Positions 19,786 to 30,524 of a stretch of DNA of 64,000 nucleotides are shown piece by piece; position 1 is the first letter of the stretch; the number at the start of each line of letters is the position of its first letter. A model generated the notes under the pieces. The model did no database searches and was not told the DNA's origin. It was given only the letters and a program-made list of their open reading frames with translations. The position numbers and the translations under genes were made by a program. This stretch comes from an uncultured bacterium (GTDB lineage: Bacteria; Patescibacteriota; JABMPQ01; CAVVCK01). The DNA lies in contig CAVVCK010000001.1 in assembly GCA_963746775.1 (NCBI GenBank), positions 19,050 to 83,049 of the forward strand. Direction: 5' to 3'.

Positions 19786-20544
19786 TTATAAATTAAAAAA
19801 TTTAATTGCATTATTTGTGGTAATCTTAGCTACTTCTTCAAAACTTACTCCTTTTATTTCAGCTACTTTCTCAGCCACATACTTTATATAAGCTGGTTCA
19901 TTTCTCTCTCCTCGATAAGGTTCTGGCGCTAATAGAGGCGCATCTGTTTCAATCATTATCCGATCCAGAGGAGTGGCTTCCACTGCTTTACAGGACCCAA
20001 TATCATAAGTAATAAGCCCAGTATAGGATATAAATAATCCTTTTTCAATAATACTACTTACCTTTTTGTAGCTTGAAGAATAGCAATGAATAACTGCCTT
20101 ATTTTTATGCCAATCATATTTACTTAAAATATTCATGACATTTTCAAAAGCATCTCTTATATGTAAAATTACCGGCAGCTTTAATTCTATAGCTAAACTA
20201 AGTTGTTTTTCAAAAACTTCTATTTGCTTTTCTTTTGAAACACTACCCGCATGATAATCAAGCCCTATCTCTCCAATAGCAACTACTTTTTTACTTTGTG
20301 CTATTTTTCTAAATAAATTCAAAACTTCTTCATCCAACACCAATGCTTCCTCTGGATGAATGCCTATAGCAGCATATACACCTTCATATTTTTTAGCTAA
20401 TTCTGGTCCTTTTTTAGAACCTTCTAAAGATGCGCCTATAGTTATAATTTTTTCAACTTGATTTTTACGTGCTCTATTTATAACTTCTACAAGATCATTT
20501 TCATAATCTTCCAGATCTAAATGAGCATGGGTATCAATTAACAT
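19786..20544 (-). CDS. tatD: TatD family nuclease
   Basis: IDTHAHL, GIHP, IGEIGLDY, IETDAP. Confidence 0.93.
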   Translation of the reverse strand: MLIDTHAHLDLEDYENDLVEVINRARKNQVEKIITIGASLEGSKKGPELAKKYEGVYAAIGIHPEEALVLDEEVLNLFRKIAQSKKVVAIGEIGLDYHAGSVSKEKQIEVFEKQLSLAIELKLPVILHIRDAFENVMNILSKYDWHKNKAVIHCYSSSYKKVSSIIEKGLFISYTGLITYDIGSCKAVEATPLDRIMIETDAPLLAPEPYRGERNEPAYIKYVAEKVAEIKGVSFEEVAKITTNNAIKFFNL

Positions 20545-20606
20545 CTATTTAAATTATCCCGCGCTTGCCCGCCGAAGAGGCGGATCTATCCGCCTGTATT
20601 ATCGAA

Positions 20607-20948
20607 TTAACAAGTTAAATGGAAACAACCAATTACTTGAACACTCTCTTTTTCTAATTTATTATATTCCTCAACCGCACCATTAGTATTTTTGGCAATA
20701 AAATCTATTTTATTTTTCTTAACATAATCTAACACCTCTGGCATAATTCTCATTTTCCCATCTTGACCAGTACCAATCACAACTACTTCCGGCTCACTTT
20801 TTAATACTTTCTCTATGTCGGATAAAGTTAGTTTATGACCATCTTCTCGCCACCAATTTTCGCTAACTGATTTTGGTGTAACAATAACATCTGTATTATA
20901 AGTTTTGCCATTGATAGTAATTGAGCTAAATTGATATTTTTCTATCAT
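20607..20948 (-). CDS. Mth938-like (DUF498) protein
   Basis: WWREDGH, EVVVIGTG, C-terminal FHLTC. Confidence 0.85.
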   Translation of the reverse strand: MIEKYQFSSITINGKTYNTDVIVTPKSVSENWWREDGHKLTLSDIEKVLKSEPEVVVIGTGQDGKMRIMPEVLDYVKKNKIDFIAKNTNGAVEEYNKLEKESVQVIGCFHLTC

Positions 20949-20952
20949 AAAA

Positions 20953-22449
20953 TTAGATACGTGGAAATAACATTATTCCCTCTTTTATTTTTTCTATCCT
21001 AAATTTTCTCCATTGCTTAATTTCATCAAATGCTAATTTTTTATCATCCAAACATCCAATTTGTTCAATAATTTTATTAGAGGTATCTGGCATAAAAGGA
21101 TTAATCATAAAAGCAATGTGCCTGATCATTTCTAGAAGTGAAATCATTAGACTAGAAAATTCTTCTTGATTGGTTTTCTTTAACTCCCAAGGTTTTTTTT
21201 CATCAATATATTTATTACCAAAATCCATCAAAGCTCTTACGCTATTTAAACTTTTATCAATTTTAAAATCATTCATTGTTTCTGTATATTCCGTCCAAGC
21301 ATTTAGAGTCTTTTCTTTTATTTTCTCATCAATTTTAACCTCAGAATTCTCTACGCTTTGAGCTAATTTTAATACTCTACTAAATAAATTACCTAAATTA
21401 TTAGCTAATTGATTATTATATTGCTCATCAAATTTGTCTGCTTTTATATCACCATCTTGACCAAAAGGAAATTGAGATAATATTAAATATCTAGCTGCAT
21501 CTGCCCCATATTTTTCAATTAAATCATTGGGGTCTATTACATTACCTATAGTTTTACTCATTTTCTGTCCATCTATAGTAAAAAATCCATGAGCAAAAAT
21601 CGTTTTAGGCATAGGTAGGCCTGCAGCTAAGAGCATTGCTGGCCAATAAATAATATGAAACTTTATAATGTCCTTGGCCATCAATTGTACATCTGCCGGC
21701 CAAAACTTATTAAACATTTCTTGATCATTTTCATACCCTATAGTAGAAATATAAATTTGTAAGGCCTCTATCCAAACATATGAAACCTGATTTTCATCAA
21801 AAGGAAGTTTAATTCCCCATTTTACTGATTCCCTAGATATAGAAAAATCTTGCAAATCTTGCTTAAATAAACCCAGCACTTCTTTCTTAATATGCTCTGG
21901 CTCTACTTTTATTTCATTTGATTCTATTTTCTCCTTAACTTCTTTTAAATAATCTTTTAGCTTAAAAAAATAATTTTCTTCTGAAATTTTCTCTGGTTTT
22001 TTTTGATGATCTGGACACTTGTTATCAACTAGTTCTTTTTCTGTTATAAATTTTTCACAACCCGTACAATAAAGTCCTTCGTATTTATCCATGTATATAG
22101 CATCTTTATTCTTTAATAGAGTATAAAATTTTTCTACAGATTTTTTATGTTTTTCATTGGTGGTTCTAGCAAAAACATCATTAGAAATATTTAGACTGTC
22201 CCAAGTTCTCTCAAACCTTGCAGCCACTTCATCGCAAAATATTTGAGGCTCTTTTCCAGCCTTCTCTGCTGCCTGAGCAATTTTAGCACCATGCTCATCA
22301 GTTCCAGCCAAAAAAAATACTTCTTTACCCAATAAACGATTATAGCGCGCCAAAACATCAGCCGCAATCGTAGTATAGGCATGTCCTATGTGTGGCTTAT
22401 CATTTACATAATATATTGGTGTGGTGATATAGAATTTATTTTTATTCAT
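20953..22449 (-). CDS. metG: Methionine--tRNA ligase
   Basis: YITTPIYYVNDKPHIGH, GTDEHG, KMSKTIGN. Confidence 0.97.
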   Translation of the reverse strand: MNKNKFYITTPIYYVNDKPHIGHAYTTIAADVLARYNRLLGKEVFFLAGTDEHGAKIAQAAEKAGKEPQIFCDEVAARFERTWDSLNISNDVFARTTNEKHKKSVEKFYTLLKNKDAIYMDKYEGLYCTGCEKFITEKELVDNKCPDHQKKPEKISEENYFFKLKDYLKEVKEKIESNEIKVEPEHIKKEVLGLFKQDLQDFSISRESVKWGIKLPFDENQVSYVWIEALQIYISTIGYENDQEMFNKFWPADVQLMAKDIIKFHIIYWPAMLLAAGLPMPKTIFAHGFFTIDGQKMSKTIGNVIDPNDLIEKYGADAARYLILSQFPFGQDGDIKADKFDEQYNNQLANNLGNLFSRVLKLAQSVENSEVKIDEKIKEKTLNAWTEYTETMNDFKIDKSLNSVRALMDFGNKYIDEKKPWELKKTNQEEFSSLMISLLEMIRHIAFMINPFMPDTSNKIIEQIGCLDDKKLAFDEIKQWRKFRIEKIKEGIMLFPRI

Positions 22450-22891
22450 TTTTACTTTCTAATAATTTTTTATATGCAAATCCTTTTTTAATCATACGCA
22501 AAGCATTTGGCCACACAAACTTATAATTTTTCGATTCTTCTTCGGTAACCCATTTAAACCGATTGTGTTCATTACTTAACTTTATTTTATCACTATCATT
22601 TTTAATTAAACTAGCAATACCGCACACAGAAGTTCCAATATCAGTATACCAGATATCATAATCAACAACCTCAATTTTATTAAAACTTGAAAAATCTAAT
22701 TCTTCTTTGATTTCTCTCTTAAAAGCTTCCTTGCCTGATTCACCCCTATCTAATCTTCCTCCAGGTAATCCCCAATATCCTAATCTATCGGCAAACTCTA
22801 AAATTAAACACTTATTATCTCTAATCAAAACACCAACCTGACTAATGGTAAATTTTTCAAACTCTTTTGCCATATTATTTTTTACCTTCAA
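22442..22891 (-). CDS. Nudix hydrolase
   Basis: Nudix box WGLPGGRLDRGESGKEAFKREIKEEL; real start may be the second Met. Confidence 0.85.
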   Translation of the reverse strand: MKVKNNMAKEFEKFTISQVGVLIRDNKCLILEFADRLGYWGLPGGRLDRGESGKEAFKREIKEELDFSSFNKIEVVDYDIWYTDIGTSVCGIASLIKNDSDKIKLSNEHNRFKWVTEEESKNYKFVWPNALRMIKKGFAYKKLLESKNE

Positions 22892-23546
22892 TTATTACTA
22901 CAAATTCTCCTTTTATTTTATCTTTATTATTTTCAAAATAATTTAAAGCATCTTCGCTGCTGCCTCTAATAATTTCTTCAAACATTTTGGTTAATTCCCG
23001 ACAAACAACAACTTTTCTATTACCTACATTTAAACTTTCTAAAGTTTTTAAAATTCTATGTACAGATTCATAAAATACTACTGTTTTTTCTTCCTCTGCT
23101 ATTTCCCTAAAAATAGTTTCTCTTCCTTTTTTAGTAGGTAGAAAACCTAAGAACACAAATTTATCAGTATTTAACCCCGATACGCTCAGAGCAGTAATTA
23201 TGGCTGATGGCCCAGGAATAGGTACTATTTTTATTTTGTTTATCTTTTCAACCGCCTCTACTAATTTTCTTCCAGGATCTGATATGCCAGGCGTACCCGC
23301 ATCAGATACCAAAGCTAAATTCTTACCTTCTGTTAAACTATTTACGATATAATCAATTTTAGTAATTTTGCTATGTTGATGATATGAAATTAACTTTTTA
23401 TCTATTTTGTAATGATCTAATAATACTTTAGTTTTTCTGGTATCTTCACATAAAATATAATCAACTTTCTTTAATATTTCTAAGGCCCTTATAGTAATAT
23501 CATCTAAGTTACCAATGGGCGTAGCTACTATATATAAAATTCCCAT
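22875..23546 (-). CDS. rsmI: 16S rRNA C1402 2'-O-methyltransferase
   Basis: LYIVATPIGNLDDIT, VSDAGTPGISDPG, RELTKMFEE. Confidence 0.95.
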   Translation of the reverse strand: MGILYIVATPIGNLDDITIRALEILKKVDYILCEDTRKTKVLLDHYKIDKKLISYHQHSKITKIDYIVNSLTEGKNLALVSDAGTPGISDPGRKLVEAVEKINKIKIVPIPGPSAIITALSVSGLNTDKFVFLGFLPTKKGRETIFREIAEEEKTVVFYESVHRILKTLESLNVGNRKVVVCRELTKMFEEIIRGSSEDALNYFENNKDKIKGEFVVIIEGKK

Positions 23547-23567
23547 AATAATTTACTTTTTACCAAA

Positions 23568-24731
23568 TTATTTTTTTCTATTGATAGGGCAAATCATCCC
23601 CTTTAACTTTTTCTTTTGCTCTATTTCTTTTTCAGTTAAACCTTCTATTTCCACCTTATCATTTGAACATATTTGTTCTTTCAATTCCGCCACTTCACGC
23701 GCATCTTTCATTTCAAAAATATCTTTCAGAAAAACTTGCAAGGCTGTAGCAATAGGCACAGCTATAATAGCTCCCATAATTCCTGCTATTTTACTGCCAA
23801 CTAATATAACTAATATTACAATCAAAGGATTTAAGCCAACTGTTTTTCCCATTACTTTAGGTACGATAATGTGATTCTCCAGCTGCTGAACAACAAGATA
23901 AAGGACTATTACTGAGAGACCAGCCACAGGAGATTGGTTAAAAGCTAGAAATACAGCCGGAATAGCAGCCATAATAGGACCAATATATGGCACTATCTCA
24001 AATATAGCTGCTAATAATGCTAAAATTAAAGCATACTTTACATTTAAAACAGTTAAACCTATAAAAATAAAAACACCAACAATCAACCCTAAGGTTAACT
24101 GGCCTCTAAGCCATAAGCCTATTTGCCCCTGTATTCTTTTCACTAAATCTTCAATATATGGCCTATGCTTAGTGGGAGTAATTGACCTGATGAATTTTTT
24201 AAAATTATTTTCTTCAACTGTAAAGTAAAATGATAAAACAAATATTATAATTAATGTAAATATACCTCCCAAAAATCCCGATAAAGTAGCATATATGTTA
24301 GTTGCTAAATCTCCAACCTTGCCTGTGAGTGTTTTAGTTAATTCTTCTGCATTGCCAATCCCTTGCTCAAATATATTAAAATTTTCTCCTAAATAATTAG
24401 ATACTATCTCAAAATACTGGGGCAATATTATAATCAACTGCTGCATTTGATCTATAATGGGCGGTACTAAAACATAAATTATTAAAGCAACTATAGCTAC
24501 TAGAAAAATATAAACTACCAACAAAGAAATAGTCCTTGGAATTCTTCTCTTCTGAAAAAAATCTATCAAAGGATCAAGTCCCGAAGCAATTACAATTGCT
24601 ACAAATATTATTAAAAGCAAATCTCTAACTAAATAAAGAAATATAACTAGAATTACAAAAGCAATTAATTTAAAAAAGGAATGAGAAGATAAGTCGAATA
24701 CTATTTTCTTATTTTCAGTATTGGTTGCCAT
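23568..24731 (-). CDS. AI-2E family transporter
   Basis: Multiple TM helices, IVPYIGP, QQLENHIIVP, GLNP. Confidence 0.9.
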   Translation of the reverse strand: MATNTENKKIVFDLSSHSFFKLIAFVILVIFLYLVRDLLLIIFVAIVIASGLDPLIDFFQKRRIPRTISLLVVYIFLVAIVALIIYVLVPPIIDQMQQLIIILPQYFEIVSNYLGENFNIFEQGIGNAEELTKTLTGKVGDLATNIYATLSGFLGGIFTLIIIFVLSFYFTVEENNFKKFIRSITPTKHRPYIEDLVKRIQGQIGLWLRGQLTLGLIVGVFIFIGLTVLNVKYALILALLAAIFEIVPYIGPIMAAIPAVFLAFNQSPVAGLSVIVLYLVVQQLENHIIVPKVMGKTVGLNPLIVILVILVGSKIAGIMGAIIAVPIATALQVFLKDIFEMKDAREVAELKEQICSNDKVEIEGLTEKEIEQKKKLKGMICPINRKK

Positions 24732-24733
24732 TT

Positions 24734-25996
24734 TTATATTTTTAATATTTTTTCAAACTTATTTTTGTCCTGATGAGGACCAATAATTGATAAATTTAAT
24801 TTATTATTTAAAAACACATCACTAGCCACATTCTCTATCTCTTTCGCAGTAACATTTTCTATATTTTTAAATAATTGTTCCTCAGTCTCTATCTCATCTT
24901 TTAAAATCTTTTGATTGGTTAGAAAAGAAGCAAGTTCATCTGAAGTCTCCAAGCCTATCATCATTTTCCCTCTAATATTCTCCTTGGCTTTATTGATTTC
25001 TTTAATAGATACGCCCTTGCTTAAAACTTTTTTAAATTCATTAATACTGGCTTCTATAGCTTTTATAGCCTTTTTATTATCTACCCCGGCTTGCACCACA
25101 AAATAGCCTGAGTCTGTAAATGTCTCAATGCCAGATCTAATATAATAAGCAAGCCCTAATTTCTCCCTAACTTCAAGAAATAGCTTAGAGCTCATAGTTT
25201 CACCTAGTATTGTAGATAGAATTTTTAAAGCATATTTATTCTTATTAAAAACATCATAAGCTCTAAAACCTAAGCAAAAATGTGTCTGATCAGTTTTTTT
25301 GTTCATTAAATAAAAAGCTGGTTTAATTTGTTTTTCAGTTACTTTTTTCTTTCTCTCTGGCTTACCCTGCTTAATATTTTTAAAATATTTTTCTGTCAAA
25401 CTTTTAAATTTGTTTTCACTAATATCACCAGCTAAGCATAAGACTGTATTTTCTGCCAAATAATGTTTTTTGTAATATTTAACAAAATTATCTCTTTTCA
25501 TAGAATTAACACTTTTCTTATCCCCTATTATCAACCTGCCAGCAGGTTGTCCTTTATAAAGTAATTCCTCAAATTTTTCACCGACATAGGCCATTGGATT
25601 ATCTTGGTACATATTCATCTCCTCAATAATTACACCCTTTTCTCTTTCGATATCTTCTGATCTAAATTTTGAATTAAGCAAAATATCTGATATAAAATCA
25701 AAGGCTCTTTCAATATGTTCCGTAGCTACTTTGGCATAAAATCCGGTATATTCTTTGGAAGTAAAAGCATTATATTCTCCACCTATTTCATCTAAATACT
25801 CCGATATTGTCTTAGTATTCGGTCTTTTAGCAGTACCTTTAAAAAACATGTGTTCTAAAAAATGCGATAAACCTGCTATTTTATCTTCTTCGTATTTTGA
25901 GCCAACTTTAACCATAACTAATAACGTCGCTGCTTTGCTTTTTATAGGCGCGTGTATTAAGTTTAATCCTGATTTTAATCTATATTCTTTAAACAT
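24734..25996 (-). CDS. M16 family zinc peptidase
   Basis: HFLEH inverted zinc motif, NAFTSKEYT, VREKLGLAY. Confidence 0.92.
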   Translation of the reverse strand: MFKEYRLKSGLNLIHAPIKSKAATLLVMVKVGSKYEEDKIAGLSHFLEHMFFKGTAKRPNTKTISEYLDEIGGEYNAFTSKEYTGFYAKVATEHIERAFDFISDILLNSKFRSEDIEREKGVIIEEMNMYQDNPMAYVGEKFEELLYKGQPAGRLIIGDKKSVNSMKRDNFVKYYKKHYLAENTVLCLAGDISENKFKSLTEKYFKNIKQGKPERKKKVTEKQIKPAFYLMNKKTDQTHFCLGFRAYDVFNKNKYALKILSTILGETMSSKLFLEVREKLGLAYYIRSGIETFTDSGYFVVQAGVDNKKAIKAIEASINEFKKVLSKGVSIKEINKAKENIRGKMMIGLETSDELASFLTNQKILKDEIETEEQLFKNIENVTAKEIENVASDVFLNNKLNLSIIGPHQDKNKFEKILKI

Positions 25997-25997
25997 T

Positions 25998-27389
25998 TTA
26001 TTTAGTTTTAAATAATTCTTCTTTTAAATAATTTTTCAAATCTTTTATGTCCTTTCTTTTTTGCTCCATACTATCTCTATCTCTTACAGTAACTGTATTA
26101 TTTCCCAAACTATCAAAATCAACCGTTACACAATAAGGTGTACCAATTTCATCTTGTCTTCTATATCTTTTTCCAATATTGCCATTATCATCAAATTCAC
26201 AGACAAAATCGTCTTTCAAATCATTAAATATTTCTTTTGCCTTACTTACTAATTCTGGTTTGTTCTTTAATAGAGGAAAAATTGCTACTTTAACTGGAGC
26301 TAATTCCTTTCTAAATTTCATAACAATTCTTGTATCCCCTTTTTCAGTTTTTTCTTCAGTATAAGCCGAAAGCATGGCCACTAATAATGCTCTATCTACT
26401 CCAAAAGTAGGCTCTAGCACATGTGGTACATATCTTTTATTTGTTTTAGGATCTAGATATTCTAATTTTTGTCCTGAAAATTTAGCATGTTGTGTTAAAT
26501 CGAAATCACCTCTATGAGCCAGTCCAAAAAGTTCACTAAAGCCAAAAGGGAAATCATATTCAATATCTACGGTTTTTTTAGAATAATGAGATAATTTTTC
26601 TTTAGGGTGTTCATACTCTCTTATCTTTTTACCTTGCTTACCGTCAGTTAAAATATTATTTACAAAACCCTTTTGTTTACTTAACCATTCCTCAAATAAT
26701 CTTTCCCAATCAGCTTCAGGATCTATAAAGTATTCAATTTCCATCTGTTCAAATTCTCGAAGACGAAATATAAAGTTACCAGCCACAATTTCATTGCGAA
26801 AGGCTTTACCGATCTGAGCTATGCCGAAGGGAACCTTCATCCTGGTCGAATCCAAAATATTTTTAAATTCAATAAATATAGCCTGGGCTGTCTCTGGTCT
26901 CAAATAAACATTTTCTTCTTTCACTCCATTCATTTGAGTTTTAAACATCATGTTGAAATTTCTCACCTCAGTCCAACTAGAACTCCCGCAATCAGGACAT
27001 CTAACCTTTTCCTCCTGTAAAATTTTAGTCATTTCATCTAATTTTCCCTCTAAATCTTTGCCTGTAGCTTCTTCCACTAAATGATCTGCTCTAAATCTGT
27101 TTTTACATTTTTTACAATCTACCATAGCATCATTAAAACTCTCCGTATGGCCTGATGCTTCCCAAACCTTGGGATGTAAAATAATGGGTCCATCAATACC
27201 TACTATATCCTCTCTATCATGCACAAACATTTTCCACCAAGTAGATTTTATATTATTTTTAAGCTCTACACCATAAGGACCATAAGTATAAGTATTAGCA
27301 AAACCACCATAAATATCCGAAGAAGGAAATATAAAACCCCTACGCTTAGCTAATGATATGATTTTTTCCATTAAATTTTGTTTTTCCAT
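25998..27389 (-). CDS. glyQS: Glycine--tRNA ligase, homodimeric type
   Basis: LRPETAQ, GKAFRNEI, REFEQME, IGKRYRRQDEIGTP. Confidence 0.95.
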   Translation of the reverse strand: MEKQNLMEKIISLAKRRGFIFPSSDIYGGFANTYTYGPYGVELKNNIKSTWWKMFVHDREDIVGIDGPIILHPKVWEASGHTESFNDAMVDCKKCKNRFRADHLVEEATGKDLEGKLDEMTKILQEEKVRCPDCGSSSWTEVRNFNMMFKTQMNGVKEENVYLRPETAQAIFIEFKNILDSTRMKVPFGIAQIGKAFRNEIVAGNFIFRLREFEQMEIEYFIDPEADWERLFEEWLSKQKGFVNNILTDGKQGKKIREYEHPKEKLSHYSKKTVDIEYDFPFGFSELFGLAHRGDFDLTQHAKFSGQKLEYLDPKTNKRYVPHVLEPTFGVDRALLVAMLSAYTEEKTEKGDTRIVMKFRKELAPVKVAIFPLLKNKPELVSKAKEIFNDLKDDFVCEFDDNGNIGKRYRRQDEIGTPYCVTVDFDSLGNNTVTVRDRDSMEQKRKDIKDLKNYLKEELFKTK

Positions 27390-27474
27390 TTTTTAAATCG
27401 TTTAGTATTTTTTCAAACACAAAAACTCATATATGATTAAATTATATCACGAAAAAAATAATAATAAAGCCAAA

Positions 27475-28563
27475 CTAAGCTAAACTAGCTCTTATTTTTT
27501 CCATTAAACGCATATAAAATCTTACATTATGAATTGTAGCCAATCTTTGGACCAAATAATCTTCAGACATAAATAGATGGCGCAAATAGGCTTTAGTATA
27601 ATTCTGACAAGTTAAACAGTCACATTTCGAATCAAGCGGAGTAAAATCATTTTTATATTTTTCGTTTAATATTTTAATTGTTTTATATTTTAAATTATTG
27701 AGGCTATCAAATTTTAGTTCAGCAAACAAAAATCCATGCCGTGCATTCCTTGATGGTATCACACAATCAAACATATCAATACCACACTTTACTGCTTCGG
27801 TTATATCTTCCGGCATACCAACCCCCATCAAATATCTAGGCTTGTTTTTAGGCAATAAGTCAGTAGTAAAATTAGCTATTTTGTACATTTCATTTTTAGA
27901 CTCCCCGACAGCTAATCCTCCAATAGCATAGCCATCAAATCCTATATCAATTAAATCCTCAACACTTTTCTCCCTTAAATCTTTAAATGTTCCTCCTTGA
28001 ACAATACCAAATAATAAAGGTTTTTTGTTTTTTAATTTATTATTTTCTTTTTTACATCTTTGAGCCCATCTGGTAGTTAGCTCAACTGAATCCTGGATAT
28101 ATTCATACTCAGCAGGTAACGCTACGCATTCATCTAAAACCATAATAATATCTGATCCTAGGTCTCTTTGTATTCTTATAGCTTTCTCAGGTGTTAATAC
28201 ATACTCATGACCATCGATATGAGATTTAAATTTTACTCCTTCTTCACTAATTCTTCTAAATTTAGCTAAACTAAATACTTGAAAACCTCCACTATCGGTT
28301 AGAATCGGTTTATCCCAATTCATAAATCCATGCAATCCGCCTGCTTTTTTTATTATCTTCTCCCCAGGTCTTAATAATAAATGATAGGTATTACTTAATA
28401 ATATTTGCGTACCAAGATCTTCCATATCCAAAGAAGAAAGACCTTTGACTGCTCCTTTAGTTGCAATCGGCATAAAAAAAGGGGTTTCAATTTTACCATG
28501 CCTAGTGGTCAATCTACCCCTTCTTGCTTTTGAATTTTTATCTTCTTTAATTAATTTAAACAT
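27475..28563 (-). CDS. tgt: tRNA-guanine transglycosylase
   Basis: NTYHL, TDSGGFQ, GIVQGG, DMFDCV, CDCLTC zinc site. Confidence 0.96.
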   Translation of the reverse strand: MFKLIKEDKNSKARRGRLTTRHGKIETPFFMPIATKGAVKGLSSLDMEDLGTQILLSNTYHLLLRPGEKIIKKAGGLHGFMNWDKPILTDSGGFQVFSLAKFRRISEEGVKFKSHIDGHEYVLTPEKAIRIQRDLGSDIIMVLDECVALPAEYEYIQDSVELTTRWAQRCKKENNKLKNKKPLLFGIVQGGTFKDLREKSVEDLIDIGFDGYAIGGLAVGESKNEMYKIANFTTDLLPKNKPRYLMGVGMPEDITEAVKCGIDMFDCVIPSRNARHGFLFAELKFDSLNNLKYKTIKILNEKYKNDFTPLDSKCDCLTCQNYTKAYLRHLFMSEDYLVQRLATIHNVRFYMRLMEKIRASLA

Positions 28564-28597
28564 TTTCTATTTTAATGTGGATTACAAAATAAATAAT

Positions 28598-28680
28598 TAT
28601 CCGCGATATCCGCTATAATCCGCTTATCCGTAATACTATAAAAAGTAGATTTGGCGAATTTATGCGGATAAGCGGAAAAA
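28598..28680. repeat. ATCCG(C) short-unit repeat cluster with inverted CGGA units
   Basis: Four atccg units followed by tgcggataagcgga in the intergenic gap upstream of tgt. Confidence 0.55.
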
Positions 28681-28708
28681 TATATAAGGAATTTCGTAAT
28701 TCTCACAT

Positions 28709-30481
28709 TTATAAATCACTAACTTTTTCACTTACTTCAGGATTTTCCTCCGCACCCGCCACAACTTTCCCTTGTTCCTTGGTTATACCCGTATCGCCTT
28801 CCAGAGCTGTTGTTATTGGTTTAGTCTCAAGCTGAACATTTTGTTCCGTATATACATCCTTACCAGTAAAAACAGTTTTATTTACTAGGGTCACTAAATT
28901 ACCTACTTGTTCTTCGGTAGGTGTAATACCAACTTCAAAATTTGCTTCGAGCCTTGATCCCTCACTTACTAAATTTTTATCTATCTTTCCTATGTCCCAA
29001 ACTAATTTTTTATCAATAAAAGAAAGGTTACCTACTCCAACTTCCTTGATTCCTGTCCAAGAAACATTATCAGGCAAGTATACTTCAACTTTTCCATTAA
29101 TTATTTCACTAGTTGTATTACTTACAAAAAGATATATTCTATATTTTGTAGTTTCACCTACTTTAGGAGGCATGAGACCTGACCCAATTTCTACATTATC
29201 AAAATCATAGAAACGTCCAATAGATTCTAATTTTACTAAACTCCCAATTTTAATTTCTATTTCATTACTTTCTCTCTCTAGATTTATGCCAGTTTCTGAA
29301 TTTAAGCTAATAAATTTCACTTTACTTTTTAGAACAGGGTTCTCTATCATGCCAGAATCAATATTATTTTTTATTTTTGCACTAAATTTTAATTCTCCAC
29401 TACTATCTTTTTTTAAATTTTTTAAAGAAGGAATACCTGAACTATCCCAGGTTATTTTACCATCTAAATATTTTCCACCTTCAATTTTTATACTCTCTTC
29501 ATCTAAAAATTCCTTATCAATTGTAGCTTCAACTTTTGCTTCCGGTAAATTTTCTGTTCCAGTATTTTTATATTGTATTTTATAATTCAACTCTTGCCCC
29601 TGAGCTGCAGCAATACTGTCCTGCTCATTTACTGTATACTTCAAATCAACATCTATTTTGGAAATTTTTGTACTAAAGATTTCTTCTTTTTGCTTATAAT
29701 AAATTCCTTTTTGATCAAAAACTCCAGCTTCTACATTTAAATCCTTTTTATCTTCAAGTTCTCCCTGAACTTTGTGTTCAATTTTTATTTCTTTTTCTTC
29801 TCCAGCAGCAATTTTAGTAAAATCCCAAATTTTATTGTCAGAGGTAGGCTCAGGAGAAGCTTTTACAAATTCAAAATCTTTAGGATTTTCTATTTTTATT
29901 CTTAAATTTGAAATATCAAAATTTTCTTCATTTTTAACTTTAATACTATAATCTAGCGTATCTTCTTGAGAAACAAACTTAGGAAAATTAGAAGAAATAC
30001 TTAAATTTGTCTTTAGCATTTTTACATCAATTTCTGCTTCCTTTTGATAACTACTAGCTATACCTGTTGGAGTGTAGTCAAAAATTGCTTTAATATTTTT
30101 CATATCACTTGGATTTCCATATAATTTTCCTGTAATAGAAATTTCTTTCTTCTCTCCTGGAGATATTTTTCTTATCTTCCATTTATTACCATCATTGTTT
30201 TCTGGTTTTTCACTGCTTGATTCATACATAAACCCATCAGGATAAATCATTGTAATCTCAACATCTTTTAAAGAAGTCCCCTCCTGGTTGTCATATAAAA
30301 TTCTGTATTCAACTAAACCTCCGCTTTGGATGTTTCTAGAACCAGCAATATCAAAAGAAACTCTATCGCCAGTAAAATTTGGTTTTCTGTTAAATAAAAA
30401 CCAAACAAGAAGGCTTAAAACTATTATAATTATCATAGCCAGTATGATAAATAATTTATTTTTACCGATTTTATTAGTCAT
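28709..30481 (-). CDS. Membrane-anchored extracellular protein with repeated Ig-like (DUF11-like) domains
   Basis: N-terminal TM helix; repeated Y-x-I-x-(Y/V)-x-N and (I/V)-x-W-D beta motifs. Confidence 0.6.
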   Translation of the reverse strand: MTNKIGKNKLFIILAMIIIIVLSLLVWFLFNRKPNFTGDRVSFDIAGSRNIQSGGLVEYRILYDNQEGTSLKDVEITMIYPDGFMYESSSEKPENNDGNKWKIRKISPGEKKEISITGKLYGNPSDMKNIKAIFDYTPTGIASSYQKEAEIDVKMLKTNLSISSNFPKFVSQEDTLDYSIKVKNEENFDISNLRIKIENPKDFEFVKASPEPTSDNKIWDFTKIAAGEEKEIKIEHKVQGELEDKKDLNVEAGVFDQKGIYYKQKEEIFSTKISKIDVDLKYTVNEQDSIAAAQGQELNYKIQYKNTGTENLPEAKVEATIDKEFLDEESIKIEGGKYLDGKITWDSSGIPSLKNLKKDSSGELKFSAKIKNNIDSGMIENPVLKSKVKFISLNSETGINLERESNEIEIKIGSLVKLESIGRFYDFDNVEIGSGLMPPKVGETTKYRIYLFVSNTTSEIINGKVEVYLPDNVSWTGIKEVGVGNLSFIDKKLVWDIGKIDKNLVSEGSRLEANFEVGITPTEEQVGNLVTLVNKTVFTGKDVYTEQNVQLETKPITTALEGDTGITKEQGKVVAGAEENPEVSEKVSDL

Positions 30482-30524
30482 TTAATTTATTAACATCATC
30501 ATTAATTCATCCATTTACATAAAG